A DNA stretch of 64,000 nt from Candidatus Latescibacterota bacterium. Lineage in GTDB: Bacteria; Latescibacterota; UBA2968. The DNA is taken from assembly GCA_965204745.1 (NCBI GenBank), contig OZ242010.1, positions 1,664,001 through 1,728,000 on the forward strand, given 5' to 3'. This document shows positions 41,684 through 50,658 of this stretch, piece after piece. Positions within the stretch are counted from its first letter, which is position 1. Every line of letters begins with the position of its first letter. Under the pieces are notes generated by a model. The model saw only the letters and a program-made list of their open reading frames with translations. It did no database searches and was not told the DNA's origin. The translations under genes were made by a program, and so were the position numbers.

Positions 41684-41912
41684 ACCTATCCCCCCGGCCC
41701 CCTTTCCTACAAGGAAAGGGGGAGCGCATGGCTTTCTTGAAGGTTTGTATCCCTAGCTGCTTTGATGGCTTTGAGCGAATGGATCACGCCATAGAAACCC
41801 AAACCCCCCACGCACAATCCCTCGGAAGACCCCTCGCCATTCCCCCTTCCTCGCAGGCACAGGCGTAGCCTACAACGAAGCGAAGCGAGTAACGGGGGTT
41901 AGGGGGGTAGGT
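41684..41912. repeat. REP/MITE-like unit whose right palindrome carries a ~33-bp insert (CACAGGCGTAGCCTACAACGAAGCGAAGCGAGT)
   Basis: Ends ACCTATCCCCC / GGGGGGTAGGT; related to 4861-5040; insert also at ~6573-6603 and 48331-48364 (-). Confidence 0.7.
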
Positions 41913-41929
41913 CCATAGGTCAAATTCCC

Positions 41930-42038
41930 TTGACAAGAAACGACGTGGTACCTTAACTTGTCTCCACCATCGTTAGTTGGTTGGCGCACGCAGGCAAAAG
42001 CCGTGCCTGCATTTGTGCGACAGCTTTTGCAAAGGAGG
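41930..42038 (+). promoter_or_regulatory. Promoter and structured leader upstream of the adhesin
   Basis: TTGACA-N18-TAACTT; hairpin 41985-42019 whose loop is complementary to 42021-42027; AAAGGAGG at 42031-42038. Confidence 0.5.
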
Positions 42039-42193
42039 TTCCAGGTGATTATCGCCACTTTTCGACGTTGTTCGAACCTGTTTGGAGGCCCCTGTTCCCC
42101 TGCGAAAAAAGGGGTTTATGACGCCCATTCTCGTCTTGGGATGCGGTTCTATTTTATTGCGAAACAGTATGTTAAGATGATCAGTACAGTGTG

Positions 42194-42218
42194 CCCCCCC
42201 CCCCCCCCCCCCCCCCCC
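42194..42218 (+). repeat. C25 homopolymer (candidate phase-variation tract)
   Basis: 25 consecutive C ending 16 bp before the adhesin ATG. Confidence 0.85.
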
Positions 42219-42234
42219 TCGAGAGGGGGACAAA

Positions 42235-45200
42235 ATGATGCCTCGCTACGCTCACTTGTTGGCCCTGGTCATGCTGGTGGCATCGGGGCCTGCTTTTGCC
42301 CAAACCCCCGTCGACTACGACTTGGACAACGACAACTACATTGATGTAACCAACCTCGCCCAACTCAACGCCATCCGCTACGACCTCAACGGCGACGGCG
42401 CGCAAGGCACCGTCAATGCCAGCGATTGGATAAACTACACCACCGCATACCCCAACGCAGCCTCCAACATGGGCTGCGCCTCTACCTGCACCGGCTACGA
42501 ACTCATCGCAAACCTTGACTTCGACAGCGACGCAGACGGCGATGTGGACGCCAGCGACCACGGCGGTGCTTACTGGAACAGCGGCGCAGGCTGGGCTCCC
42601 TTCGGCATTGCCCTCAACAGATACACAGGCGATTTCAAGGGCAACGGACACACTATCAACAACCTGTTCATCAACCGCACCGCCGATAACACCTTTGATG
42701 TAGGACTATTTGGCGTTACCAACTCCACTTCCCGCATTGAAACCCTGGGCGTAACCAACGCCGATATTAAGGGAAACAACTTTGCCGGCATTCTGGTCGG
42801 TAGCAATTACGGCGAAATTGTTGCCTGTTATACCACCGGCACAGTACAAGTTAACCAACATGGCGGTGGATTGGTTGGCTACTCGGAAGGATCTATCCAC
42901 TCCGGCTACTCCACCGCATCCGTCAGCGGAACGAACTTTGTCGGCGGCCTATTGGGTCAGCGGTGGGACGGCAACGTAACAAATTCCTACTCCACCGGCA
43001 ATGTCAGCAGGTCCAGCGGAACACTGACAAACATCGGCGGGTTAATAGGGTTTAGTCGTCCGGGAGCCTCAGGTAGCGTTACTGCTAGCTACTGGAACAC
43101 CCAAACCAGCGGCTGTACATCCGGCGGTAGCAACGGCTGTACAACCAGCGCAGGCGGCACGGGCAAGACGACCAGCGATCTCCAGAGCCCCACCACCTAC
43201 GGTGCCACCGATAGCGACACCTACTACAACTGGAACGCCAACCTCGACGGACAATCCGGCAATGACGACCCGTGGACCTTTGGCGCGGCGGATCAGTATC
43301 CGGTCTTGAAGTATGCCGGCATGGATACCACCGTGCAGTATAACTTGCAACCGCCGGGCATTCCGACAAGTGTGACAGTGACATCAAATGCGGACACCTT
43401 GTACGTGCGCTGGCGTGCGGCGAGTTATGCGACGGGGTACAAAGTGCAGTGGAAATCCGGCGCGCAGAGCTACGACGCCTCGCGTCAGGCCACCACCACA
43501 GAGACGTTCCACAAAATTCCCAACTTGATGGTGGGGACGACCTACACAGTGCGTGTCATTGCCACCAAGACCGGTGCGCGCGATGACACACCCTCGGCCG
43601 CGGTCACGGGCGTCTCGGGGGGCACTAATTACGATGGCGATGGCGATGGCCTCATCAATATTAAGACGCTGGCGCAACTCAATGCCATACGATGGGATCT
43701 CAACGGCGATGGGGTCGTAGCCGATAGCGATACCATGAACTACAACGCCGCCTTTCCCAACCACGACACCACCAGTAGCGGCCGGATGGGTTGCCCTTCC
43801 GGGACATGCACCGGCTACGAATTGCTCAACAACTTAGACTTTGACCAGAACGGCGATGGCGCAATCACCTCAGCAGACGCCACCTACTGGAATAGCGGCG
43901 CAGGCTGGGCTCCCATCGGCTCCGACGCGAACGCAAGCACCAGATACTCAGGCAATTTCAAAGGTAATGGCTACACTATCAACAACCTGTTCATCAGCCG
44001 CAACACCAACTACCAAGCGCTGTTCGGTAGCACCACCTCCCGCATCGAGACCTTGGGCATCACCAACGCCAATGTCACGGGAGGCGACTTTGGCGGCATT
44101 CTGACCAGCGCCAATCGCGGCGAAATCGTCGCCTGTTACACCACCGGCAGTATGACGGGCACCAATATTGTTGGTGGATTAGTCGGCTGGTCTGAAGGAA
44201 CTATCTCAACCAGTTACTCCACTGCTTATGTCAACGGAACTCAGCGTGTCGGCGGTCTGCTAGGACTAAAGGCGGCCGCCGGTGCTATAACAAACTCCTA
44301 CGCCACCGGCAGGGTTACCAGCTCCAGCACAACGACAACAACTATCGGCGGGTTGGTAGGTGAGGCACTTTCCGGCACAGGCAACGTAAGCAACAGTTAC
44401 TGGGACACCTCAATCAGCGAGCAGACCACCAGCGCAGGCGGTAGCGGCGTTGTTGGCAAGACCACTAGCGAGCTCCAAAGCCCCACCACCTACGGTGCCA
44501 CCACCAACGACACCTACTACAACTGGAACGCCAACCTCGACGGACAACCCGGCAGCGACGATCCGTGGACCTTTGGCACGTCGAGTCAGTATCCGGTCTT
44601 GAAGTATGCCGGCATGGACACCACCGTGCAATTTGCGATACAACCCGCGATAGTGACGTTGGCACTGATGCCCTCGTCGATCTCGGAAAGCGGCGGGATG
44701 AGTACCGTGACCGCGACGCTGGCACGGTCGTTGAGCGCGGTGACGACGATCACGGTGCGCCCGGTGGCGGGTGCTTACACGGTGGGGTCGGATACGACGA
44801 TCACCATCGCGGCCGAGCAAACCGCGAACGCGTCGGACACGGTGGTCATCACAGCGGTGGACAATACCCGAGACGAGCCTGATCGCGACGTGACCGTGTC
44901 CGTTGTGGCGGGCACCTCCCATGGCGCGGGCAGTGTGACCGCGACTTTGAATTTGACGCTGGAGGACGACGACCCTGCACCGACAGCGACGTTGGCGGCG
45001 TCACCGGCGTCGATTTCGGAGAACGGCGCGGTTTCGACGATCACGGCGGCACTATCGCGTCCATCGAGCGCGGCGACGACGATCACGGTGCGCCCGGTGG
45101 TGGGTGCTTACACAGTCGGGTCGGATACGACGATCACCATCGCGGCCGGGGACACGATTAACGCGTCGGACACGGTGGTCATCACAGCGGTGGACAATCC

Positions 45201-48054
45201 CCAAGACGCGCCTAATCGCAACGTGACCGTGCCCGGTGTGGCGCGCAACGCCCAAGGCGCGGGCAGTGTGACCGGTGCGGATTTGACGATCACAGACGAT
45301 GAGGCCGCACCGACCGTGACGATGGTTGTGTCCCCGGCGTCGATTTCAGAGACGGTTGAGGTTTCGACCGTGACGGCGACCCTATCGCACACGTCAAGCG
45401 CGGCGACGACGATCACGGTTTCCGTGCCTACATCATCCGACTACACGCTAAGCACGCCGAACACGCTGACCGTCGCGGCGGGCGAGTCGACGAGCACGGG
45501 CACCGTGACGATCACGACGGTGAACAACAATATCGCTTCGGGCAACAAGACGGTGACCGTGACGGGCACGCCAACCAATAGCGTGGGCGTAATGTCGTCG
45601 GTCACTGATGCGACACTGACGATTACCGATGACGACGTGGCGCAGGTGACGTTGGTTTTGTCGCCTGCGTCAATTTCGGAGAATGCCGAGGTTTCGACCA
45701 TAACGGCAACGCTAGATCGCACCGCGACCGCGGCGACGACGATCACGGTTTCAGCGATGGCTGTATCGCCTGCGGATGCGGATGACTTCACGCTATCGAG
45801 TGCGGACACGCTGATCATCGCGGCGAGTGCGACGACGAGCACGGGCGCCGTGACGATCACATCGGTGAACGATACGACCGATGCGCCGGACAAGCGCGTG
45901 ACCGTGTCTGCAACGGTGCAGGGTGGCAATGGGGCGTCGCTATCGTCTGCCGTGACCCTGACGATCACAGATGATGAGGCCGCGCCGGACGTGGCACTGA
46001 CGCTGTCGCCCGCGTCGATTTCGGAGGCGAGCGGTGTTTCGACGATCACGGCGACGCTGTCGCATGCGTCGAGCGAGGCAACGACGATCACGGTGCGTCC
46101 GGTGGCGGATGCCTACACGGTGGGGTCGGATTCGACGATCACCATCGCGGCCGGGAGCACGGCGAACGCGACGGACACAGTAGAGATCACGGCCGTGGAC
46201 AACGCGACCGATGCGCCGAACAACGATGTGACCGTGTCTGTTGCGGTGAGCAATGACCAAGGCGCGGGCAGTGTGACCGGCATGGATTTGACGATCACAG
46301 ACGATGAGGCCGCGCCGGACGTGACACTGACGCTGATGCCCGCGTCAATCTCGGAGGCCGGCGGCGTGAGCACGGTGAGCGCGACGCTGGCACACCCATC
46401 GAGCGCGGCGACGACGATCACGGTGCGCCCAGTGGCGGATGCCTACACAGTGGGGATGGATTCGACGATCACCATCGCGGCCGGGGACACGACGAACTCG
46501 TCGGACACGGTGGCACTCACCGCCGTGGACAACGACATAGACGCAGCGGACAACGCCGAGATGGTGCAGGCCGCTGTGGAGAACGACCACGGCGCGGGCA
46601 ACGTGCAGGCTGTGACGCTGACGATCACCGATGACGACGATGCGGCGATTGACGTGTCGGCGATGACCACGACGACCGTCAGGCTCCAGACGACAGAGTC
46701 GGGCAGGACAGCGACCTTCACGGTCACGCTCGCCACCGAGCCGACGGGGGACGTGGCACTCTCGGTGGTCAGTTCAGACACGACGGAAGGCACTGTATCG
46801 CCTGCGGTGCTGACCTTCTCATCGACAACATGGAACACCGCGCAGACCGTGACAGTGACCGGGGCGGACGATGCCCCCTTCGATGGCAACCAGAACTATA
46901 CGGTCACCCTTTCGGTGAACCAGACGGATACGCAGGACGCCAACTATGACGTGCTCTCCGCGATCAGCGTGTACCTGGTCAACCGCGACAACGATTTTGG
47001 CCTGAACATAAGCGCGGTGACTGGGCAAGCGACAGAGGCCGGCGCCTCGGCGACCTTCACGGTGGCCCTGCTGACGCAACCCACGGCGGCGGTGACGGTT
47101 TCGGTGACGAGCCAAGACCCGAGCGAGGGGCGGGTTGAGCCTGCGATGCTGACCTTCACGACGTCAGGCTGGAACACGGCACAGACCGTGACAGTGACCG
47201 GGCAGGACGACCCCATCGACGACGGGGACGTCCCCTGGACGGTACGACTCGACCCGTCAAGCGGCGATACCAACTACAACACCCTTTCGGACGAGGACGT
47301 TCCAGTGACGACGACCGACGATGAAGATGCGCCGACCGTGACGTTGGTGCTGATGCCCTCGTCCATCTCGGAAAACGGCGAGGTTTCGACGGTGAGCGCG
47401 ACCCTATCGCACCCATCGAGCGCGACCACGACGATCACGGTCTCTGCTACGCCTGTGTCCCCTGCGACTGCGAGCGACTTCACGCTATCGAATGCAGACA
47501 CGCTGATCATCGCGGCGACGACCACAACGAGCACGGGCACCGTGACGATCACCGCAAAGGACAACAACGACCAGGCAGACGAGAAGATGGTCAGGGTGTC
47601 TGCAACCGCAAACAACGCCCAAGGCATCACCGCACCCGCACCCGTGACCCTGACCCTGACCGATGACGAAAGCCCGAGTGCCAACTTGGATGTGGATGGC
47701 GATGGCCGGGTGAGATTGTTCTCGGATATAATCCTGGTCATTCGATACGTCCTCTTCTTCCGGGAAGAGGCCCTCCTCAGAGGGAACGTCATCGAGCCAA
47801 CTGCCACGCGCAAGACCGCTCAAGAAATTGAACCCTACCTCGACACGTTGGTCAATCAGAACATTCTCGATGTGGATGGCGATGGCGATGTGAGGCTGTT
47901 CTCGGATATAATCCTGATCATTCGATACGTCCTCTTCTTCCGGAACGAGGCCCTCCTCAGAGGGAACGTCATCGAGCAAAATGCTACGCGCACGACCGCT
48001 CAAGCCATTGAACCCTACATCCGAAGCCTCTATCCCGACTCCCACTTCCAATGA
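42235..48054 (+). CDS. Giant secreted adhesin-like protein: two GLUG-type beta-helix units, an FN3 domain, Calx-beta/Ig-like repeats and tandem dockerin-like C-terminal repeats
   Basis: Signal peptide ..PAFA|Q; duplicated LAQLNAIR.DLNGDG...GYEL...FKGNG.TINNLFI...GGLVG; WRAASYATGYKVQW; repeated SISE..VST.TATL...TITDD; two DVDGDG.VRLFSDIIL.IRYVL. Confidence 0.88.
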   Translation: MMPRYAHLLALVMLVASGPAFAQTPVDYDLDNDNYIDVTNLAQLNAIRYDLNGDGAQGTVNASDWINYTTAYPNAASNMGCASTCTGYELIANLDFDSDADGDVDASDHGGAYWNSGAGWAPFGIALNRYTGDFKGNGHTINNLFINRTADNTFDVGLFGVTNSTSRIETLGVTNADIKGNNFAGILVGSNYGEIVACYTTGTVQVNQHGGGLVGYSEGSIHSGYSTASVSGTNFVGGLLGQRWDGNVTNSYSTGNVSRSSGTLTNIGGLIGFSRPGASGSVTASYWNTQTSGCTSGGSNGCTTSAGGTGKTTSDLQSPTTYGATDSDTYYNWNANLDGQSGNDDPWTFGAADQYPVLKYAGMDTTVQYNLQPPGIPTSVTVTSNADTLYVRWRAASYATGYKVQWKSGAQSYDASRQATTTETFHKIPNLMVGTTYTVRVIATKTGARDDTPSAAVTGVSGGTNYDGDGDGLINIKTLAQLNAIRWDLNGDGVVADSDTMNYNAAFPNHDTTSSGRMGCPSGTCTGYELLNNLDFDQNGDGAITSADATYWNSGAGWAPIGSDANASTRYSGNFKGNGYTINNLFISRNTNYQALFGSTTSRIETLGITNANVTGGDFGGILTSANRGEIVACYTTGSMTGTNIVGGLVGWSEGTISTSYSTAYVNGTQRVGGLLGLKAAAGAITNSYATGRVTSSSTTTTTIGGLVGEALSGTGNVSNSYWDTSISEQTTSAGGSGVVGKTTSELQSPTTYGATTNDTYYNWNANLDGQPGSDDPWTFGTSSQYPVLKYAGMDTTVQFAIQPAIVTLALMPSSISESGGMSTVTATLARSLSAVTTITVRPVAGAYTVGSDTTITIAAEQTANASDTVVITAVDNTRDEPDRDVTVSVVAGTSHGAGSVTATLNLTLEDDDPAPTATLAASPASISENGAVSTITAALSRPSSAATTITVRPVVGAYTVGSDTTITIAAGDTINASDTVVITAVDNPQDAPNRNVTVPGVARNAQGAGSVTGADLTITDDEAAPTVTMVVSPASISETVEVSTVTATLSHTSSAATTITVSVPTSSDYTLSTPNTLTVAAGESTSTGTVTITTVNNNIASGNKTVTVTGTPTNSVGVMSSVTDATLTITDDDVAQVTLVLSPASISENAEVSTITATLDRTATAATTITVSAMAVSPADADDFTLSSADTLIIAASATTSTGAVTITSVNDTTDAPDKRVTVSATVQGGNGASLSSAVTLTITDDEAAPDVALTLSPASISEASGVSTITATLSHASSEATTITVRPVADAYTVGSDSTITIAAGSTANATDTVEITAVDNATDAPNNDVTVSVAVSNDQGAGSVTGMDLTITDDEAAPDVTLTLMPASISEAGGVSTVSATLAHPSSAATTITVRPVADAYTVGMDSTITIAAGDTTNSSDTVALTAVDNDIDAADNAEMVQAAVENDHGAGNVQAVTLTITDDDDAAIDVSAMTTTTVRLQTTESGRTATFTVTLATEPTGDVALSVVSSDTTEGTVSPAVLTFSSTTWNTAQTVTVTGADDAPFDGNQNYTVTLSVNQTDTQDANYDVLSAISVYLVNRDNDFGLNISAVTGQATEAGASATFTVALLTQPTAAVTVSVTSQDPSEGRVEPAMLTFTTSGWNTAQTVTVTGQDDPIDDGDVPWTVRLDPSSGDTNYNTLSDEDVPVTTTDDEDAPTVTLVLMPSSISENGEVSTVSATLSHPSSATTTITVSATPVSPATASDFTLSNADTLIIAATTTTSTGTVTITAKDNNDQADEKMVRVSATANNAQGITAPAPVTLTLTDDESPSANLDVDGDGRVRLFSDIILVIRYVLFFREEALLRGNVIEPTATRKTAQEIEPYLDTLVNQNILDVDGDGDVRLFSDIILIIRYVLFFRNEALLRGNVIEQNATRTTAQAIEPYIRSLYPDSHFQ

Positions 48055-48242
48055 AAGCCTGTTCCCTGACCGCCACAGATGAAGATGGCGATGAGAACAC
48101 CCTGAGTTTCTTCCTCACCATCAGCGCGAACGTGGCACCGTCCTTTGGCGATGCGAGTGTGAATGCACTGGCCTATATGCGGAAGCAAGAGATCGAATTC
48201 CTTTTCCTCATCTTCGCCGCCGGCTTTGGCTCGCCAGGCTGA
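48051..48242 (+). pseudogene. Remnant of another surface-protein gene (Ig-like fragment joined to an FLIFAAGFG tail)
   Basis: TATDEDGDENTLSF.LTI..NVAPSFGDA resembles Ig/cadherin-like repeats; only 63 aa, no signal peptide. Confidence 0.5.
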
Positions 48243-48256
48243 ACGACGAAAGACGC

Positions 48257-48302
48257 AAAAAAGTAAAGCCCGGGTTCACAGTGAACTCGGGCTTTACTTT
48301 TT
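48257..48302. terminator. Intrinsic terminator
   Basis: AAAAAGTAAAGCCCGGGTTCA-cag-TGAACTCGGGCTTTACTTTTT. Confidence 0.85.
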
Positions 48303-48477
48303 GAAATTGGAACCTACCCCCTAGCCCCGTTACTCGCTACGTTTCGTTGTAGGCTACGCCTGTGCCTACGAGGAAGATACAAGGGGAATAACATCTCTCC
48401 GTTGCGGGGAAGAGCCGGAGGAGGGACATCCATCGTTCGTTTTAAGACAAGTTCAAGGGCGATTCTATAAGGGATGA

Positions 48478-48546
48478 CTCGTTCATGTCTTTGGATGATT
48501 GACCGCGGCTTGCTTCTTACTCGCTTTCTACTCTTAATTCGCATTG
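48478..48546 (-). repeat. IS-end-like repeat, copy 3
   Basis: Close reverse complement of 41433-41501. Confidence 0.75.
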
Positions 48547-48567
48547 ACAACTGACCACTGACAACTC

Positions 48568-48596
48568 TTGACCACCGTTCTTTTTTTCGCTATACT
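48568..48596 (+). promoter_or_regulatory. Sigma70-type promoter
   Basis: TTGACC-N17-TATACT upstream of the amidohydrolase-Rieske pair. Confidence 0.6.
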
Positions 48597-48724
48597 TGTC
48601 ATTGTCTTTTCTCAATGATTTTGTCGTGCAGTTCATTTTTTGAGGGCCGTTCGCCAGACGAGATTGTGGCTATTTTGAAAGCCGATTTGGCAACGATGTA
48701 GCGCGTCTGACACAGGAGGATAAC

Positions 48725-49837
48725 ATGCCTGCAACAGCAACAGTGCGGCGCACAAATGGCAGGGTCAAGTCCCTGACAAAGATGAAAATCGTGGATTGCG
48801 ATGTCCACCATTCTCCGGGCAAGGGCGATGCGCTGTATCCCTATTTGCCGCGCCACTTTGTCGAGTACATCAAGGACTTTGGCGCGATGATGCCCAAGCT
48901 CGGATATACCAACATGCCCGGCGGGGGTGCGCGGATCGACCTGTGGGAGAATCCAAAGGAAAATCCCGCGCATCAGCCAGAGGCTTGCATCGAGAAGCAC
49001 CTCGATGTCTATGATATCGACTATGCGGTGCTCACGGGCGGGCCGTACGCCGCGGCGGTTCACACGAACCCGGACTACGCATCGGCTTATTGCAGTGCGT
49101 TTAACGATTGGACAAAGGATCATTGGATCAGTGCCGATCCCCGGTTTCGGGCTTCGATTCACATTTGCCCGGTGGATCCGCAACTCGCGGTAAAGGAAAT
49201 TGACCGCTTGGGACCGGATCCGGCTTTTGTGCAGGTTATGATGCCCGCAGGGGCGCGCATGCCGTTTGGCAACCGGCATTACCATCCCATTTACGAAGCC
49301 TGCGAAAGACACGGCTTGCCCGTCTCGGTTCACTTTGGGGGCGAAGGCGCGGGGCTTGCGGCGCCGCCCACCGCAGCGGGGTATCCCACTTATTACCTCG
49401 AGATGCGGATGGCGCGGCCCCAAATTGCACAGGCCCACGTCACCAGTTTGGTGGTGGAAGGCGTGTTTGAGAAATTTCCGGATTTGCACTTCATTTTTGT
49501 GGAAATGGACACGTTTTGGTTGCCGGGTCTGATGTGGCATTTGGACCTGGACTGGCGTGCGTTGCGCGACTACACGCCTTGGGTCAAACGCCTGCCGAGC
49601 GAGTACATCCGCGAACACATCCGCTTGGGCACGCAACCCATGCCCGATATACCCGGCGGCAAAGCGGACTTGGAGACGTACTTGCGCTGGATGCACGCCG
49701 AAGACACGCTCGTTTTTGCCAGCGATTATCCGCACTGGGATTGGGATGAACCGGGCCACGTTCTCCGCAATATTGACTTTGAGTTGAAAAAGCGCATCAT
49801 GGGCGAAAATGCCGCTGAAATTCTCGGGCTTTTCTGA
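48725..49837 (+). CDS. Amidohydro_2 family protein (possible amidohydrolase-related dinuclear oxygenase)
   Basis: IVDCDVH, AFNDW, YHPIYEAC, HFGGE, EGVFEKFP, RLPSEYIR, FASDYPHWD. Confidence 0.88.
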   Translation: MPATATVRRTNGRVKSLTKMKIVDCDVHHSPGKGDALYPYLPRHFVEYIKDFGAMMPKLGYTNMPGGGARIDLWENPKENPAHQPEACIEKHLDVYDIDYAVLTGGPYAAAVHTNPDYASAYCSAFNDWTKDHWISADPRFRASIHICPVDPQLAVKEIDRLGPDPAFVQVMMPAGARMPFGNRHYHPIYEACERHGLPVSVHFGGEGAGLAAPPTAAGYPTYYLEMRMARPQIAQAHVTSLVVEGVFEKFPDLHFIFVEMDTFWLPGLMWHLDLDWRALRDYTPWVKRLPSEYIREHIRLGTQPMPDIPGGKADLETYLRWMHAEDTLVFASDYPHWDWDEPGHVLRNIDFELKKRIMGENAAEILGLF

Positions 49838-50196
49838 TGTCGAAACACAGGGTCGCAAAAATAGCGGACTTGCCCCCGGGGGAGCGCGTCATCGTGACGG
49901 TCGAGAACCGCGAGATCGGCGTTCTCAATGTGGGTGGCGCGCTTTACGCGCTCCGCAATGTCTGCCCCCATCGCTTGGGGCCGCTCTGCAAGGGCCGCGT
50001 CCGTCCCCTGGTCGTGTGGGAAGGCGAGACCAATATCGGGCATGAACGCGAGGACGAGATCATCAAGTGCCCGTGGCACAACTGGGAGTTTGACCTGAAG
50101 ACCGGCAAGTCCATTACCGATGATTCCCTGCGCGTCCGCACGTACCGCGTAGAGACCGAGGGCGAGGATGTCGTGCTCTATCTAAATGGCCGGTGA
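49837..50196 (+). CDS. Rieske [2Fe-2S] ferredoxin
   Basis: NVCPH ... KCPWHNWEFD; TGATG coupling to the upstream gene. Confidence 0.93.
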   Translation: MSKHRVAKIADLPPGERVIVTVENREIGVLNVGGALYALRNVCPHRLGPLCKGRVRPLVVWEGETNIGHEREDEIIKCPWHNWEFDLKTGKSITDDSLRVRTYRVETEGEDVVLYLNGR

Positions 50197-50245
50197 AGGT
50201 ATTCGCGAACTGCTTGGCGCGATGCGGAGACGGACTGCTGTTTTA

Positions 50246-50658
50246 GGTCGTGTTGACATTTTTTTTAACGTTATGCACAGATTAGCAAATGTGTTGCTTG
50301 CTCATTTAAGGCGTTTGGTCCTACAGCCTCGTGGGTTGCCTCCGATGCCTTCGGCGACTTACTTTTTTTCAACAGCAAAAAAAAGTAAGCAAAAAATGCC
50401 GCTCTCAAACGCCGAGAGGCTTGCACAGCGCAAAGCGCTTTTGTAATCGCACGATATGCGTCAGCCTGCAAAGTGGGTTGCAAGATGGACGTTGGTTGCG
50501 AGACGGCCTTGCGCGCTGTGCGTGATGGCTTTAGCTGATGGTCTGTTGTGATGGCACTTGTTGGGATGCCTTATCTGAACTGCGGAACGTCAGGGAGGGC
50601 TTGATTTTCTTGATAAACCGCTCAAGCCGTTGCATGGCTCGTAAATGTCAACACAATC
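50246..50658 (+). mobile_element. Complete ~413-bp MITE-like element (copy 3) with 16-bp TIRs and TA flanks
   Basis: TA|GGTCGTGTTGACATTT ... AAATGTCAACACAATC|TA; no transposase ORF. Confidence 0.85.

Noticed and set aside
47686-48045. DGR template/variable repeat pair (also the 80-bp repeat at 15031/18238)
   Set aside because: No reverse transcriptase in the window; the adhesin copies are both in-frame coding domains and the 80-bp pair has a single mismatch
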